DNA of 63,802 nt, the filler included, from Guillardia theta CCMP2712 (lineage: Eukaryota; Protista; Cryptophyta): NCBI RefSeq assembly GCF_000315625.1. It is 3 parts of 3 records of this genome, joined end to end, with 100 filler letters (N's around TTAATTAATTAA, not from the genome) between each part and the next. Parts side by side here need not be neighbours in the genome. Positions count along the whole stretch, not along the records: positions 1 to 17,337 come from NW_005434642.1; 2 more parts are not named here. The stretch is one strand, 5' to 3'. The position numbers and the translations under genes are program-made. The notes under the pieces were generated by a model. It made no database searches and was not told the origin of the DNA. It saw only the letters and a list, made by a program, of their open reading frames with translations. Shown in pieces: positions 1 to 13,097 of this stretch. Within the stretch, counting starts at the first letter, position 1, and the number at the start of each line of letters is the position of its first letter.

Positions 1-80
1 TAAGGTGAGCGAGAGGGAGAGGGAGAGGGAGAGGAGGGAGGAGAGGAGGGAGGAGAGGAGGGAGGAGAGGAGGAGGAGAC

Positions 81-434
81 CTGCAGCAGTCTAGGATGGT
101 CTGCCGGCAATGTCTGCATGTCGAACTCGAAGTAAGGGTCATCCGAATCAACTTGCTCCAAGTTGAGAGCGTTCCTGCCGGTACTAGCATGAGGCGCGAG
201 GGGAGGGAGGGAGAGGAGAAGGAGGCAGGAGAGAAGAGAAAAGAGAGGGAGGGAGGAGATAAGGGGACAGGGAAGGTTGACAAGAGTGTCAGTATAGAGG
301 GTGTCCTGCCAGGCTTGGGATTCGGGTGTTGAGAAGGAATTGTGGGGTAGGGAAGGGGGGGAAGCAGCAGAGGCAGGAGAGGCAGGAGGAAGTGGGGAAC
401 AAAGGAGAATGCGGGGACGGGGGTCGGAGACGAG

Positions 435-473
<39 letters not shown>

Positions 474-3400
474 AATGTGGAAACGGGGGGCAAGGAGGAG
501 AGGGAGTTACATGGTGGCCGTGCGATTGTTGGCCATGTGCTCCTCGATGAACTTCTGGTGCATCTTGGCGGCTTCAAGGAAGGACTCGGCTGTCTGCATG
601 AGGCGGCTGGAGCGGAGGAAGCTAAGGTCCATCGGCACCCTCCTCACGATCTCGTCGGGTGCTGCGGCCCCTGCGTCCTCCTGCTGTTCAGAAAGGAGCT
701 TCCTCCTCTTCGCAGGAGAGCGCTGAAGGACAGGTCAGACGCCGACAGGGCGCCCGCGGCCTCTACCTCGTCTTCACCCTTGAAGGTGCCCACAAGCTCG
801 ACAGAGTCGTGTCGGTTGAAGCACGCAGACAAGGTCTTGTCGTCTTCCTCCCTCCTCCTCCTCACTGGATGCCTCGAACTGAGCTTTGCGGCTGTGGCAT
901 GCAACCTTGCCTGCCGCACACTCGTCAACAGAGAAGAGAAGAGATGAGATGAGATGAGATGAGATGAGAGAGCAGAAGGAGGACAACCAACAATGAAGGG
1001 GGGCGACAGAGAAATTGAGAGGAGAGGAGAAGAGAGGAGAAGGAGTAACGACAGAGAACGAGCAGAAGAGTGCTGAGTGAACAGTGTGGGAGGAGTACAT
1101 TTGAGAAACACAGAACTGACCTCCTCTACCCATGGATCGTCGAAGATTCTGATCATTTGGCCGTCGATTCTTTCCAGCATTTCTCCCGCCTGCCCGACGT
1201 CACGTGGAGTTTGACGGCGAGTGGTGGTGTTACCTGAGACAATCTTCCACTCTTCCACGAGAAGAAAGCGCTAGCATGCAGCACGAAAGGCTCCTGGGGA
1301 GACAAACTGACGGCCTGCCAGCTCTTTAGTTGAGTTGCATGGCAAGAAGCAACTCCAACATACTCTCAAGATCATCTCCCCCACTTCTGCGTTCCCCTCA
1401 AGCCCTTGATGTAGACGGACTTCCGTTAGACCTGATTGACATCGTCACCACTACCATAAATATCTTTGTCATCTTCGTCATTGAAAGTATCAATATCATT
1501 ATCAGCTCATCATCATCAGCATCATCATCATCATCATCATCATCGTCATCATCATCGTTATCGTCTTAATGTTTTCTGGCATCATTCTTGATCATGTCAA
1601 CCTGCAAGAGCCTGTGAGTTGTTCGGCTCCACGCGGAGGCAGCGCTGGAAGATCGTCTCGGCCTCTTTGAGTTTCCCCAGCCTAGCACAAGTCACTCATC
1701 TCCGCTCATTCTCACTTGCTTCACCTCATCTCACAAAACCCAAACAAGAACGCAACTTGCGTATTGTTCGGCCAAGCAGAAGAACAGTCTCTTAAGAGGT
1801 TTTCCGCTAATCTCATCTTCTTGGAGGCGGCAAGTGACGAAAGCATGTCGAGCAAGGCAGCATACATGCTTGACCCGTCCACGTTCCCCCACCACTTACT
1901 CGTGACACTGCTGAGGTGACCATGTGACATTTTCATCGCGTTGGAACTATTCGACAGCGTCATCAAGTTTCTCATCTCGCGTTACATCTCACATTCGTGC
2001 GATCACAGCTTTAGAAGCAGCATAGGCCTTCATCACTTTGCTCGACGAGTCTTTGAAGAAATCTGACGGAGAGTTCTCGTGCTGATTTCCGTCCTTGATG
2101 GACGACAGCAGCAACTGTCCCAACCTGCCAACTCCGTCAATAGCAAAACAGCAACAATGTTATCGACACGTCAAAACAAAACAATCGAATGAATTCAGGT
2201 GAGCATGGACAAAAGGTCAACAGCAGCAGCAGCAGTAAATGGTTGGGGCTACGGCAAAGCTAGCAAGTCTGACCTGATTGAAGCTGGAATACAATGAGGA
2301 TGAATAGCCAGCGCTGTCTGATGCTTCTCTACGGCAAACGAGCGATCGGGCCTGTTTTAATCTCATCATCTGTTGCATGCAAGAAGTCACAAGTACCCAT
2401 GTGTGTACATCACTTCTCCGATGTCAGAGTGTAAACTAGCAAGAATGGCCTGCCTCTTCCGATATTCACGGGCAGTCGACTGATGGGAGATCGTCAGCAT
2501 CGGCATCATTCAAGGTCCATCGTACAGCGAATCTCATCTCTGCGAGCCTTTTCAATTTCTTTTGATGAGAGAGGAGGCAGGTTGCGTTGATCAGAGGCTT
2601 CCTCGACCTCCACGTCACTTGAATCTCTCTGCTTCCACCGAGTGAGGCCTATGAACGAACGAAAAGTTCACAATGACGACCGTTGCAGGTCGGACAAGAA
2701 TTTCTGCTCTTGCAGCTGATGCTGGAAGAGTCTGTCGAGGTCTTGGATCGCCTGGGACGGATAAGAGTTGAAACTTTGATGTTTTCTGAGTCTTACCTGT
2801 GTGACCCCAACGTTTCCTTCGAGCGATGACCACCTCGAACCAACGTCAAAGGTGAACTCACGCGTTTCATCTGAACCTACCACCATGCTTGAGTCCAGTC
2901 AGTGTGCTTGTCCGATGCCGCGATCTTCAAAAGCCTGTCAAAGGTGCCTTTCAACAGACTTTCAGATTCGAATGTGTAACACTCTACTCTTTGTAAGCTT
3001 CGACCGAGTTCGGGTCAAACTCTAGAGCCGTCTCAAAGGCAGTCATGGATACATCTATCGAACAATCAAGTCATGTCACTCGTCTGTCCAAAGGGATGCA
3101 TCACAGCAATCGTTCAACAACATTGAGATATCACATTACTGTTCCTTCAAACTTGATACTCACAAGAGAGATTGCACGTCGGCGTTGAAGTCAACATCAC
3201 TATTTTCCCCAGGTTCACAAGAGCCTTCGATCGATACATGTGCAACGACGGAGGAAAGCTGTCAAACTTCAACTCTGAAAGGGATGCTGCAACAGAGTGC
3301 GCGAGGGAACAAGGGCTATCACAGCAGGAGACATTCCTCTTCCTCCTAATCTCAAGGATCTGAAACCATTCATTCGCTGCTAACTCGTACAACCCCAAGG

Positions 3401-3896
3401 ACTGCGATCATGGGTCAGCCTTCCTATCCACCACCGCAAGGCCCTGACGTACCTCGTGGAGAGAAGCAAGGCTGTCAAGGGCGCGGAGATTCTTGGGAGA
3501 GCATCTGAGCGCTTTCTGAAGAACGCGTATCCTAGAGTTTACACTGCAGCCGGCATATGACAGCATCTTCTCATAGGCCACAAGGGACTCAGCGTCTTTG
3601 TCCTGCAGGCTGCTCCTCTCGCAGCTATCCCTCCGCTGCCCATCTGAAGAATTGCCAGCGCTCTTTATATCCGATGTCATGCAAGCTGATACTTCACATG
3701 ATCCACCGCGCAAGCACAACCTCCATACAGACTGAGAGCGGCAATCTCGCAGGTGAGACATCGATTGTAATGCTGCGTCCAACACAATCCTGTTGGTACC
3801 TTGGTGAATTTGTCGGCAGGAAAACAGCTGCCTCTCTTCCGGGATGGTGCCTTGGATGATACATAGAAGAAGAATTGCGGTCGCCGTTCTTATCAT
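81..3896 (-). CDS. Multi-exon TPR-like protein with N-terminal signal peptide; 3'-partial; could be two genes
   Basis: N-terminus MIRTATAILLLCII. TPR-like exons LQKALRCSPKNLRALDSLASLHE|SLGLYELAANEWFQILE and LGKLKEAETIFQRCLR. Asp-rich exon at ~1500-1565. Short GT-AG introns (e.g. 723-766, 1271-1311). The distal exons (SRLMQTAESFLEAAK...LEQVDSDDPYFEFDM) are weakly reminiscent of DUF4598/NOPCHAP1. Confidence 0.5.
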
Positions 3897-4916
3897 CTAT
3901 GCAGCCGAGAGGAGTAATATGTGTTCAACATCATAGAGCATAGAGAAAGGTAAGGATGAAGTGAAGCGTAGGTTTGTTGTACCTAGGCTCCGTTCTGCTC
4001 CAAGTCAGCTAAGCCTGGGCTTTGCCCGTCATATCGGAGTTTCGCGCAGAAATCAGAGCATTTTCATTCTCGAGCTAGGTTTCGTTGATCATCTTGAAGA
4101 GCAGTGTATCATTGTATCTCGTCTTGGTCGTGCATCTGATCATGTAGCAGAAGATTCCTGGTAGTGCATAGCAGTTACAAACCTTCCACGCGGTCTGATT
4201 GCAATACAAATATCCCGTGTATGTCATCCAGCACAAGAAAGAGCTCTTTCAAACCCTCCCTTGACTCCCTTCAAACATCACTGCATTGATATGTCTGGAA
4301 GTCTATCTCTTTTTTCGCCTCCTTTGGCTCAATGATGCCTTACGCTTCCTTGGTTAGACAGGCAGCCAAGTCGAATTCTTATCCCCCCTCTTCTTCCTCC
4401 GTGGTAGACTCAAACAGTTCGATCTATATTCAGCTCTTACATCATACTCCTGGTCTCCTCCTCCCTTCTCCTCCTCCCTTCTCCTCCTCCCTTCTCCTCC
4501 TCCTCCTCCTTCTACTCATAATCTTCCCTTCTCCTCTTCCCTTCTTCTCCTTCTTTCACTCATAATCCTCCTCCTCCTCCTCCCTCCTTCCTCCTCCTCC
4601 TCCCTTCTACTCATAATCCTCCTCGTCCTCCTCCTCCTCTTCCTCTTCCGCCGCCGCCTCCTCCTCCTCCTCCTCCATTCCACTTTCCTACTACAGGCCC
4701 ACCGGCCGCATTACTTATCTACCCCACCCCGGAATTATCTGTCTTTGAAACCGGTACTCCTGTAAATGTCATACCCTCTCATTTACCTTGAAAAGAATGG
4801 GGTAGGGGTGAGAATTGACCGATCTATTTCTGCGGTTTCATGGCTGGAAATTCCTTTCATGCCGAAACGAATGAGATGAGGAGAGTAGAGACGAGATGAT
4901 GTGAAGTGAGACAAGT

Positions 4917-5070
4917 GACAAGACAAGACAAGACAAGACAAGACAAGACAAGACAAGACAAGACAAGACAAGACAAGACAAGACAAGACAAGACAAGACA
5001 AGACAAGACAAGACACACCACGAGATGAGATGAGATGAGATGAGATGAGATGAGATGAGATGAGATGAGA
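4917..5070. repeat. Compound pentanucleotide microsatellite (GACAA)n(GAGAT)n
   Basis: Read directly; intergenic between divergent genes. Confidence 0.95.
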
Positions 5071-5128
5071 CTCGGCTAGTTCCACTCCTACACTGAGGCT
5101 TCATCCGATCCCGACGTGATCAGTAGCC

Positions 5129-6441
5129 ATGTTCGACGAAGCACTAGAGCATGTTCAGGCAGAGCCGGCTCCTTTCATCTTGATGAGGGACAAAGGAATC
5201 CATGTGCGCAACGCACGAAGGTACTTCACAGCTTGCGCTTTGATTCCATTGCTGTGTGTGCTGTGCTGGAAAGTTGGAAGGATAGAAACGTTTCTCTCTC
5301 CGAGTCTGGCTTCTGCCCAGCATGGAGGCGGCGGCGTTGCAAGATTTGAGGAGATGGTTCAAAATCCTTCCACGTCATACCTGGTTCAAAGCTGCTCACC
5401 AGTTTTATCGAGCTCTGAAACGTCTTACAGGGAGCAGCATTCAGACACATCGCTAGAAGTGCCGTGAGCATACCAACGCAGGTAAGCTCCTCCTCTTGTT
5501 CTTCTACCTTGACCGACGGGTTTGATATCCAGGATCCACAATACATCGACAGTAACCCAATCAACTCTGACTCGAACTCCCTTTGGGGCCCTTCGAAGCC
5601 TAGCGCCTACAACCTGCCGGTTCGTCCTCCTACCATCCATTGAGTGCGCTAAGAGGATGATGGCCAGGGAACGCTCCCCGACCCTTCGAAGACAACATCC
5701 ACGGGAGGAGGAATCGTGAAAGGGAAATGGAATGCTGAAACCTGCGTCGAGCCCCCGTGCGGATTCGGAACTCCACAATCTGAACTCTCGGGCCCTCGTC
5801 CCGGACCAGTGGCTGGCTGGCTGGGGAGACAACATCTGCGCGCTGTTCCACATGCTCGGATCAGCACGGCGGGTCCAGGATGGCTTGCAAACATTCCACG
5901 AGGGAGCCCTGCTCGTCAGGATGGGTATCAGATGAATCGACATCTGCATTACGTAAAGCTTTGCGACTGAGAAAGTGATTTTTTTGAGAGTTGACCGAGG
6001 CTCAGGCGTTGTTTGAAGCGTGTTCGGACGCAAACACGTCCCTAGAGGGAGTGTCAAGGTGTATGAGGGCGCATGGGAAAAGTGTGCAAGACGCCTTCAA
6101 CGTCTCTTTCCTCCTGCAAGGTTGTCCCAGGTTTTGACATCTTCTTGCAGTACTTGAGGCTCGGTCCCGATGCTGAGGAGCGCAAGTTTGCGCTGGGGAA
6201 ATCAGGGATCTTTGCTGGGAGGATGTTCCAGGTCAAATCCTTCATGTGCATTTCAAGGTTGGCTCACATGCTACCTGTCACAGCGATACCTGAAATCAGA
6301 TCCCTACGTTCTCGGGGAAGACTGGCCCCGGTAGGCAGCGAGAGGGATGGAGTCTGACAACTGACAACATCTGCAACAGGTCGCAGCTCGATCTCGGACC
6401 GAAGTCGAAGCCGTTCGCTATTCCCAGCCACGTCACGATGA
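5129..6441 (+). CDS. Hypothetical multi-exon protein with an N-terminal hydrophobic segment
   Basis: ATG at 5129, hydrophobic FTACALIPLLCVLCW, and short GT-AG intron-like segments. No family recognised; the end is uncertain. Confidence 0.35.
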
Positions 6442-6591
6442 ACGATTCCGTTCAGATCGGAGCATGCTCCTCGTTCTCGGTGGATCACCAATTTGATCTC
6501 TTCTTTTATTTCTTCGTTGCTGTCTGCCCCGTCACCATTTTTGTATTCGTGTTGCGTTTTCTCCTTCCTGTTGCTGCAAACCCCTGTAGCT

Positions 6592-7676
6592 ATGTTCGCG
6601 TTTCTCATTCCAACTCTATCTGTCGCTGTACTTCGTCTTCTCTTTCTCCACGTCACTTTCACACCTTTCTCTGCGATGGTCTGTCTGATTCGCTGACAGG
6701 TCCAGAAAGATGTCGCTCCTTTACCCAATGATGCAGTCCCAATCACGGGCAGCAGCCGCGCGTTTCTCGTGAGCCAAGAGGAATGTTGCAAGCTCTGCTT
6801 GGATGCAAAGGAGTGCAAAGCTTGGAGCTACCGACAAGAGAGCTGCCTGCTGTTGAGGCAGCTCGGGGAAGACAGCCTGACTTCAAGCGATGGAAACGAT
6901 GTCGGTTTCCTCCCCCAAGAAGAGTCTCAGTCCCCTGCTGCAACACTCGCTCCATCCCCAGCCTCAGCAAGAGCTCTCCAGCTCAAAAGAGGAAGGAATT
7001 CAGATGCTCTCGCAGTCCAAGGGGGCAAGTTGGCTCGCTCGGAGGACAGCCCTAGGCTTGCAGCACGAGCAAAGGCCTTGAGAGCGATCGCGCAGAAGAA
7101 GGCAGGGCTTCCCGACCAGGTGGATCCTGAGGGAGTGGAGGACAGGGCGATTCTGATTACATTCTTGCTCCCTAGCCCTCAGCCTCTCCGAAGGAAGAGA
7201 AAGCTCTCAAGCCGTCTATATCGGTTGACGTCGGTCACGTTTGTCTGTGTACTGATGGCTGAAACATTACTGCAGGTCAAGGCAACAGAATCCAGTCAGG
7301 AGCAAGGCAAACTCTGCAAGCTCCCTACAGGACAGACGATCCTATGTAAGCAAGACCATGAACCCTGTGGAAACGACGGGACGGTGAGCCTCTTGCCTCT
7401 CTCTTCGCTGGGCTGATGGAAGGAGCAGGGAAGAGGACCAGCGCACTTTGACGCCTCCTGTGCAAGTGGCAAGTGCACATGGGCATGCTCGACGAGCAAG
7501 AGCTTCTTGGACTCGATCATGGGATGCATGTCATGCGACAACGACAACTGCAGGTAAGCCGTCGACCGCGGAGGAGCAGAGGAGGAGGGAGGAGGATGCA
7601 GAGAGTGGTGTCGAGGTGACGTGCGTCAAGGTGTGTAGGACGAGACGTCGGGGAATATCTCAAGCTGGAAGGGTGA
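6592..7676 (+). CDS. Secreted PAN/apple-domain, Cys-rich protein
   Basis: Hydrophobic N-terminus MFAFLIPTLSVA. PAN-type SQEECCKLCLDAKECKAWSY...SCLL. Cys-rich C-terminal exons end ...GEYLKLEG* at 7676. Confidence 0.65.
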
Positions 7677-7798
7677 GGTCGACAGAGGTCGACAGGTCAT
7701 ATCAAGGTCTATGTCAATGTCAACGCGTCAAGATGCTCTGGCTCCTCGTCAGCCACCGCCAGGGCCGATGCTGCCCAGCCGCCTCGTCGCTTCGGATG

Positions 7799-9578
7799 TC
7801 AGGCATGATCGTCAATCCACTTGGCGATGTCCTCCATCACCTGCTCGTGCTCTGCACGCCAAGTCAATCGGAGGGTGCTGCATCGGAAGGTGCCGGGCTC
7901 ACCCGGCTCAAACAAGAGGTCATGCCATGCCTCCTCGTACCACTTGCCCTGCTTGTCCTCCACTTCCGCCTTCAACGGGAGTCAGCAGCCAACAGGGGGT
8001 GACGAGGGGAACAGTGACTCTTTAGGGCAAACCTTCTGCAGCAACTCCTCGGAGCACGAGGGCTTTATGATCATGTCTTTCTTCCCGTGCAACGTCAAGA
8101 AGGGAACCTTGATGTCGACATGCGTTATGAGCAGCAACAGCGATGTATCGCAGGATACCTTCATTCTATGCATGTTGGCTTGACAAAACTTGAAGTGCTG
8201 CAAAAGTCGTCACGTCTCTGAGTGTTGCCTTGGCTCCCTCCCCGTCACCTGTAGCAAGGAGTATCCTGTCAATGCAGGGATTGCCGTGTTGCTCTTGGTT
8301 TTGTCATTCACCTGCTCGTGAGATTAGAACAAAACGAGATTTTCGCATCTTCAGTGAGCGAAACAATGTTCAACATACAATGGTTTCCGCAATGAACAGA
8401 TTCCTTGACCCCACATCGTCCTCTCCGACCGAAGGAACTCCAAGGCGAGGGAAGAGGGACGAGATCACCTGCAACAGCACCAGGAAAGAGATGTTCAGAT
8501 CCAGATACACCATCTCTCTACTCATCCTCCTCCTCCTCTCACCCAAGACAAGTATTGAAGAATCATGTGCCCGTCAAACTGTAAAGCTGGACAGAGCAGA
8601 ACTGCACCTTTGAACAGTTCCGGCTCCATGATACCTCCAAGAATATCTCACACAATCATCAACATCTTGATCCGATCGTCTTACAGAGCCTCAGCGCTGT
8701 TCCCCCACCCAGAGACGGAGCGATGACGAAACAAGGTGAATCCGTTGGGTATCGCGACTTGACCCGTTTCACGTAGTCCAAGACCGGCTCACAAACCTCC
8801 TTGTTCCAATCTCTCGTCAAACATCTGCAACTCTCTCAACCTCATGCTCAGCATCTCCACCATCACTCACGGAACGAACTTGCTCCCAGATCCGCTCTCC
8901 CTTTGGCTGTAGCCCCACCCGGGATAGTCTGCAAGGCGTTGAACGCTGCCCCTTGAGGTGAAGGGACTTACCGACGCCATGCACAGCGTAGCCTCTCCCT
9001 GCCAGGAAGTCTGCGAGGTTGGCGCACCTCTCGATAGTATCTCCGAGACCTGCTCGTCCTCGTCAATGCCCTCCATCCCTCCCTACCATCCCTCGTTCAC
9101 GACCTGGGAGAAGAATGCAGATGCCCTTCGTTGACGTTCCCTCGTTCGAGGATGCTGTTTTCTGCCACATGAAGCATGAGGGCACGGTGGAGGTACGAAG
9201 GAACTTGTGTACTGGATGACTGATAAACTCTTGAAGAACATCCTTTCCATCATCTGTCGGAACGAGCTTCCTTTCTTGCCAACCCGTCCTCTCCATCTTT
9301 GGCGCAAGATCTGGACGATACCCTGCTCTGAATCAGCAAACTTTACAGATGCGTCTCTCTTCTACCAATGTGAGGGTGCTCATATTTCCCCATGAACAAG
9401 CTTTCATTCTTGAAATCAACTTTCTGTGCGAAAGCTTCAGGCTAAGTCGCCGTGCTCAGCAAGACCTGGTCGGGACGAAGAGGTTGCCGGTAGACAAGCG
9501 AACAAGTGTGGTAGTAGACAGAGGAGGAGACGAGGACGGCGGCGAGAGCTGCTCCTCCTGCCCCATCATCAGCACCAT
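7799..9578 (-). CDS. Alpha/beta hydrolase, monoacylglycerol lipase/lysophospholipase-like (Hydrolase_4 type)
   Basis: Motifs across exons: ADYPGWGYS, nucleophile elbow IAPSLGGGTAL (~8700), VPFLTLHGKKDMII, DKQGKWYEEAWHDLLFEP, VMEDIAKWIDDHA*. Confidence 0.85.
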
Positions 9579-9653
9579 TCCACTCCTACCCTCCTCACCG
9601 ATCTCCGCCGCCATTCTCCCCTTTTCAGGCTAGTCCTGCAAACCTGGTGAGTC

Positions 9654-10129
9654 TTTTACTCAAAGTTAAGTACTACTGTTTTAACTTAACTTTGAGTAAA
9701 ACTACGGTAATACAGTAAAGTTGTACGCCGGACCGGCGGGTCCGAGTCGGCTGGCGTGTCCACGGTGACCATTTGCGCCCGGTTGGCGGAGGTTCCGAGG
9801 CTCCCGGGGCCCGGGGGCGGTACTAGCCCGGCGGCTACGGCGCCGGGACCGGCCGCGTGCCAGTGATCGCGGCCCCCTTGTTCTCCCGATCATTCACGTT
9901 CCATCCGTGACGGTGTCTTCTTAGTAGTAGCCGGGCCGCCTTGTCGCCCGGGTGAGCGTCTAGCCAGTGAGACTGAGACGGTACCGGGTCACTGGGCCGG
10001 GCCGCCCGCCGCCGGGTTACCCCCGGCCGGCGATGCGGGGGGGCCTCAACTTGAAGTTAAGTTTAAAATCTCCGTAGTAGCCTCTCATGATTGTACGGTC
10101 CACGTACTGATTTTAACTTAACTTTGAGT
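9654..10129. mobile_element. Candidate MITE-like unit: AT-rich inverted repeats enclosing a GC island
   Basis: Perfect 17-bp hairpin arms at 9654-9670 and 9685-9701. ACTCAAAGTTAAGT (9658-9671) is also the exact reverse complement of 10116-10129. The interior is noncoding and GC-rich. No TSD identified. Confidence 0.35.
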
Positions 10130-10676
10130 TAAGCCTTTCAAAGCTAAAATGCTGGTACCCTGATCGCGCGACCGTACCGTCACACCGGGTACGGCGGCCG
10201 GATTATCGGGGCAGCAACATGATATTAGTTGCTATCCTAGGCTGGCCCTCTTGATTCATAGCAAGGCAGTCGGAATATTGTTGCAGGGGTTGAGATTGTC
10301 GGGGAGATCGAGATTGCGATCTCCTGCACGGAACGATGCAGAAACCCTCGCCGCAGCCGCGAGTTTCATGAGACGATAGCTAGAAGAAGGCGTCAGCTTG
10401 TGAGAAAGACATCACATGGATATCAGTAACACTTCTAGAGCCAGCTGGGTTGCAAGGGACTGAAGGGAAGGGGACTGCTGTGAATAAAGGAAGTGTTGTG
10501 TGGTTCTTCTGAGATTTCTATCATCATCAGTGAAAGTGTTAGAGACTGCACAGCTGTGTATCGTTGAGGTGAATAAGGTTGGTGTAAGGATCTCAGGTGT
10601 ACTGAGAGTTAGTCTTTGGTGGGTCTTGGGTTAAATAGATTCTGGCCAGTGAGGTGGAGGTTGATTCGATTACAGC

Positions 10677-11575
10677 ATGCAAGTCATCATCGTCAACAAT
10701 GCACAGAGGCTCGCAAACTCTTCAACAGCATCGGCAACAAGTACCAATACAAACATCCGCAAGAAAGCTCTCACCCCCGCACTCGCCGCCGATATCTTCT
10801 CACAGAGGTCCCTCAAGCCCGGCTATGCTACCGTCGAGAGCTCCTTCGTTGCAAGGATGTACGGGGTCAGCTCCAAGACCGAGGAGATAGAGTCTGCAGG
10901 GATAGGACCAGCGAGCAAGGTACCATCGACACGTCTTGGCAGCAAGGACGGGAGCTCGAGCGACTCCTCTTCTCCGAAGGACTGCAAGGCAGAGGGAGCG
11001 AGGACGGCAGCAAGCAAGCGACAGGCTCGCGGAGCTCCGCGACGAGCGCAAGAGGCTCGAGCAAGGGGTTCGTGGAGACGAGCAGCGGCACATTCTCCTG
11101 CACGCGCCGACTTGAAGCCGGCGACTCACCGCCCGAGGGCTCGAGCAGCCCGGGCTCGGGCTTGGAGCCTCAGTCCTCGAGGTCGTCGTGCTCGTCTTCG
11201 GCGGGTTGCAGGGAGCGAAGCCATCGTTGCACGGCCAAGAGAAACAAGACCGTAACTTATCCTTGGTCAGACTCAGAATCGAGCAACGGCTGCCCCTCCA
11301 CCTCGTCGGAAGGAGGGAAGCGTAGAGGAAGCCGAAGGGATGCAGATCAGAAGAAGGAGGCCCAAGGAGAGTCCCGGAAGCGTCTACGGAAAGCATGCAC
11401 ACGGGAGGGACAAAAGTCGCTGGTAAACATGCTTCTGTCCCAGCGGAGGACGGGGCGGCCAGAAGCAGAGATTTTGGGGCTGCTGAGACGGCTGACAAAT
11501 TATCAGGACGAGATCCTGGAGCAGCAGCAGCTTATGCTGGACAACTTAGACCGAATTTTGCGAGCATTAGCTTGA
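10677..11575 (+). CDS. HTH-like putative DNA-binding protein, possibly a degenerate copy (two overlapping frames)
   Basis: ALTPALAADIFSQRS...SSFVARMYGVSSKT has a helix-turn-helix pattern. A C-terminal coiled-coil-like segment (LLRRLTNYQDEILEQQQLMLDNLDRILRALA*) is in another frame, and I found no intron that reconciles them. Confidence 0.5.
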
Positions 11576-11954
11576 ATGTTTCAAAGGTGAACGGATTGGT
11601 GGAATCAACTATCTTCTGGGAGTAGGTCGCAGTCAAGATCTTTTGCAGATGAGCTTCTTGCAGAGATGTAAAGGTTGATCGTATGAAGAGGCATGATCTC
11701 AGGCATGAAAACCCTGGATTGTCGGGATCTTTGGGGTGTGGTTGCTCTTAAGTTTGCAAGAAAGAAGAATATGAAGGATAAATCTCAGAAAGGCCATTCA
11801 TACAAGTTACAGCCTGTTGTGAGGGCAAAAAACTTTCAACACACGAAAGTGTAGGGACGAGCTTGCCGATCAGGCTTTGTCGGAGACACTCCTGATTGCC
11901 CTCGTACCGTGTGCCGACTGATTTTTGAATAACTTTGAGTACAGAACAAGGAAT

Positions 11955-12620
11955 TGCCACGGTCTGATCTGATCACTGACTGTCTGCCACCGTCCGATCA
12001 CTCGGACTGAGTCACGGGCCGCCAGGCGGCGGGCCGGGACACTGCCACTCACGGTCGGATCAGTACGGTCGGACTCCGGCAGTGGCGGCCGCGCGCCGCC
12101 GCAGTGGGCCCGGTCGGACCGCAGAACTTCCGAAGCCGGAGGCTTCAGTTGTCCAGTGTCCAGTGTCAGTGCCACACCAGGCTGGCCCTCAAACCGTCTT
12201 TTCACAGGCCACACGCTGCCACCGGGCGCGGAGCCCGGCGGGGCCGCGGCCGCTGAGCCCCGCCGCCGGCCGCCGGCCCCGAGTCAGGCTCCGACTCGGA
12301 CCGGGCCGCCGAGTCAGTACGGTCCGCCGGGGGCCCCGGGTGGGCCGCCGTGAGAGCCTCCGCTTTTGACTCCCGAGTCCGGGCCCCGCGGCTCAGCAGC
12401 CGGCCGGGCGCGCCGCCCGCCAGCCGCCGCGGCGGGCCCCCGGCGGCGGGCCCCCGGCGGCCGGGCGTCGCCGGGCCAGCCTGTGCCTCAGCCGGGCTAG
12501 GCTGCTTAGCCTAGTAGCACCGGGGGGGGGCCGGGTCTGTACAGGGTCGGCACACGCCGGTGCCAGTCCGAGTCCCCGGCGGCCGGGCGGCCGGGCCGGC
12601 CGGGCTCAGGCTCCGCCGGA
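11955..12620. other. GC-rich CCGG/GGCC/GATC island
   Basis: Noncoding, very GC-rich, built from short palindromic words. Similar in style to 9720-10045 and 22590-23000. Confidence 0.7.
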
Positions 12621-13097
12621 TGCCATCATGTTGAGTGTCACAGTGTTTTTTGCTGCCTTAGAATTTTCCATATTCAGATCTGAGGCAGACTTGTTTATAA
12701 TAGCACTTCTCGTGCTGGTAATGAGTAAAAGACGTGTTTGGTCGGGAATGGCGAAGAGGCCGCAGGGGGTAGAGGAAGAGAGTAGTAGTAGAAGATGTAG
12801 TAGAAGAATGGCAGAGACGGAAGGGAGCATGGAGATGTGGGTGAAGAGAGCATGAGAGTGAGTGGGAGCAGAGTTGGGGTCGAGGAGAAGGAGGACAGAG
12901 AGGATAAGGTAGATAGCAGAGGGAAGAGGAGAGAACAGGTGTAGGAGTTGAGAGGGATGGAGTGGGAGGAAGAAGACTGGAATGTCTAGAAGTAACAAGG
13001 AATGGTTTTTGAAGGCAGATAATGAAAGCAGAGTGAAAGAAGGATGACTAAAACGAGCAGCTCTGACGGAATCAAGGACAGGCATCGAGCAAAAAAA

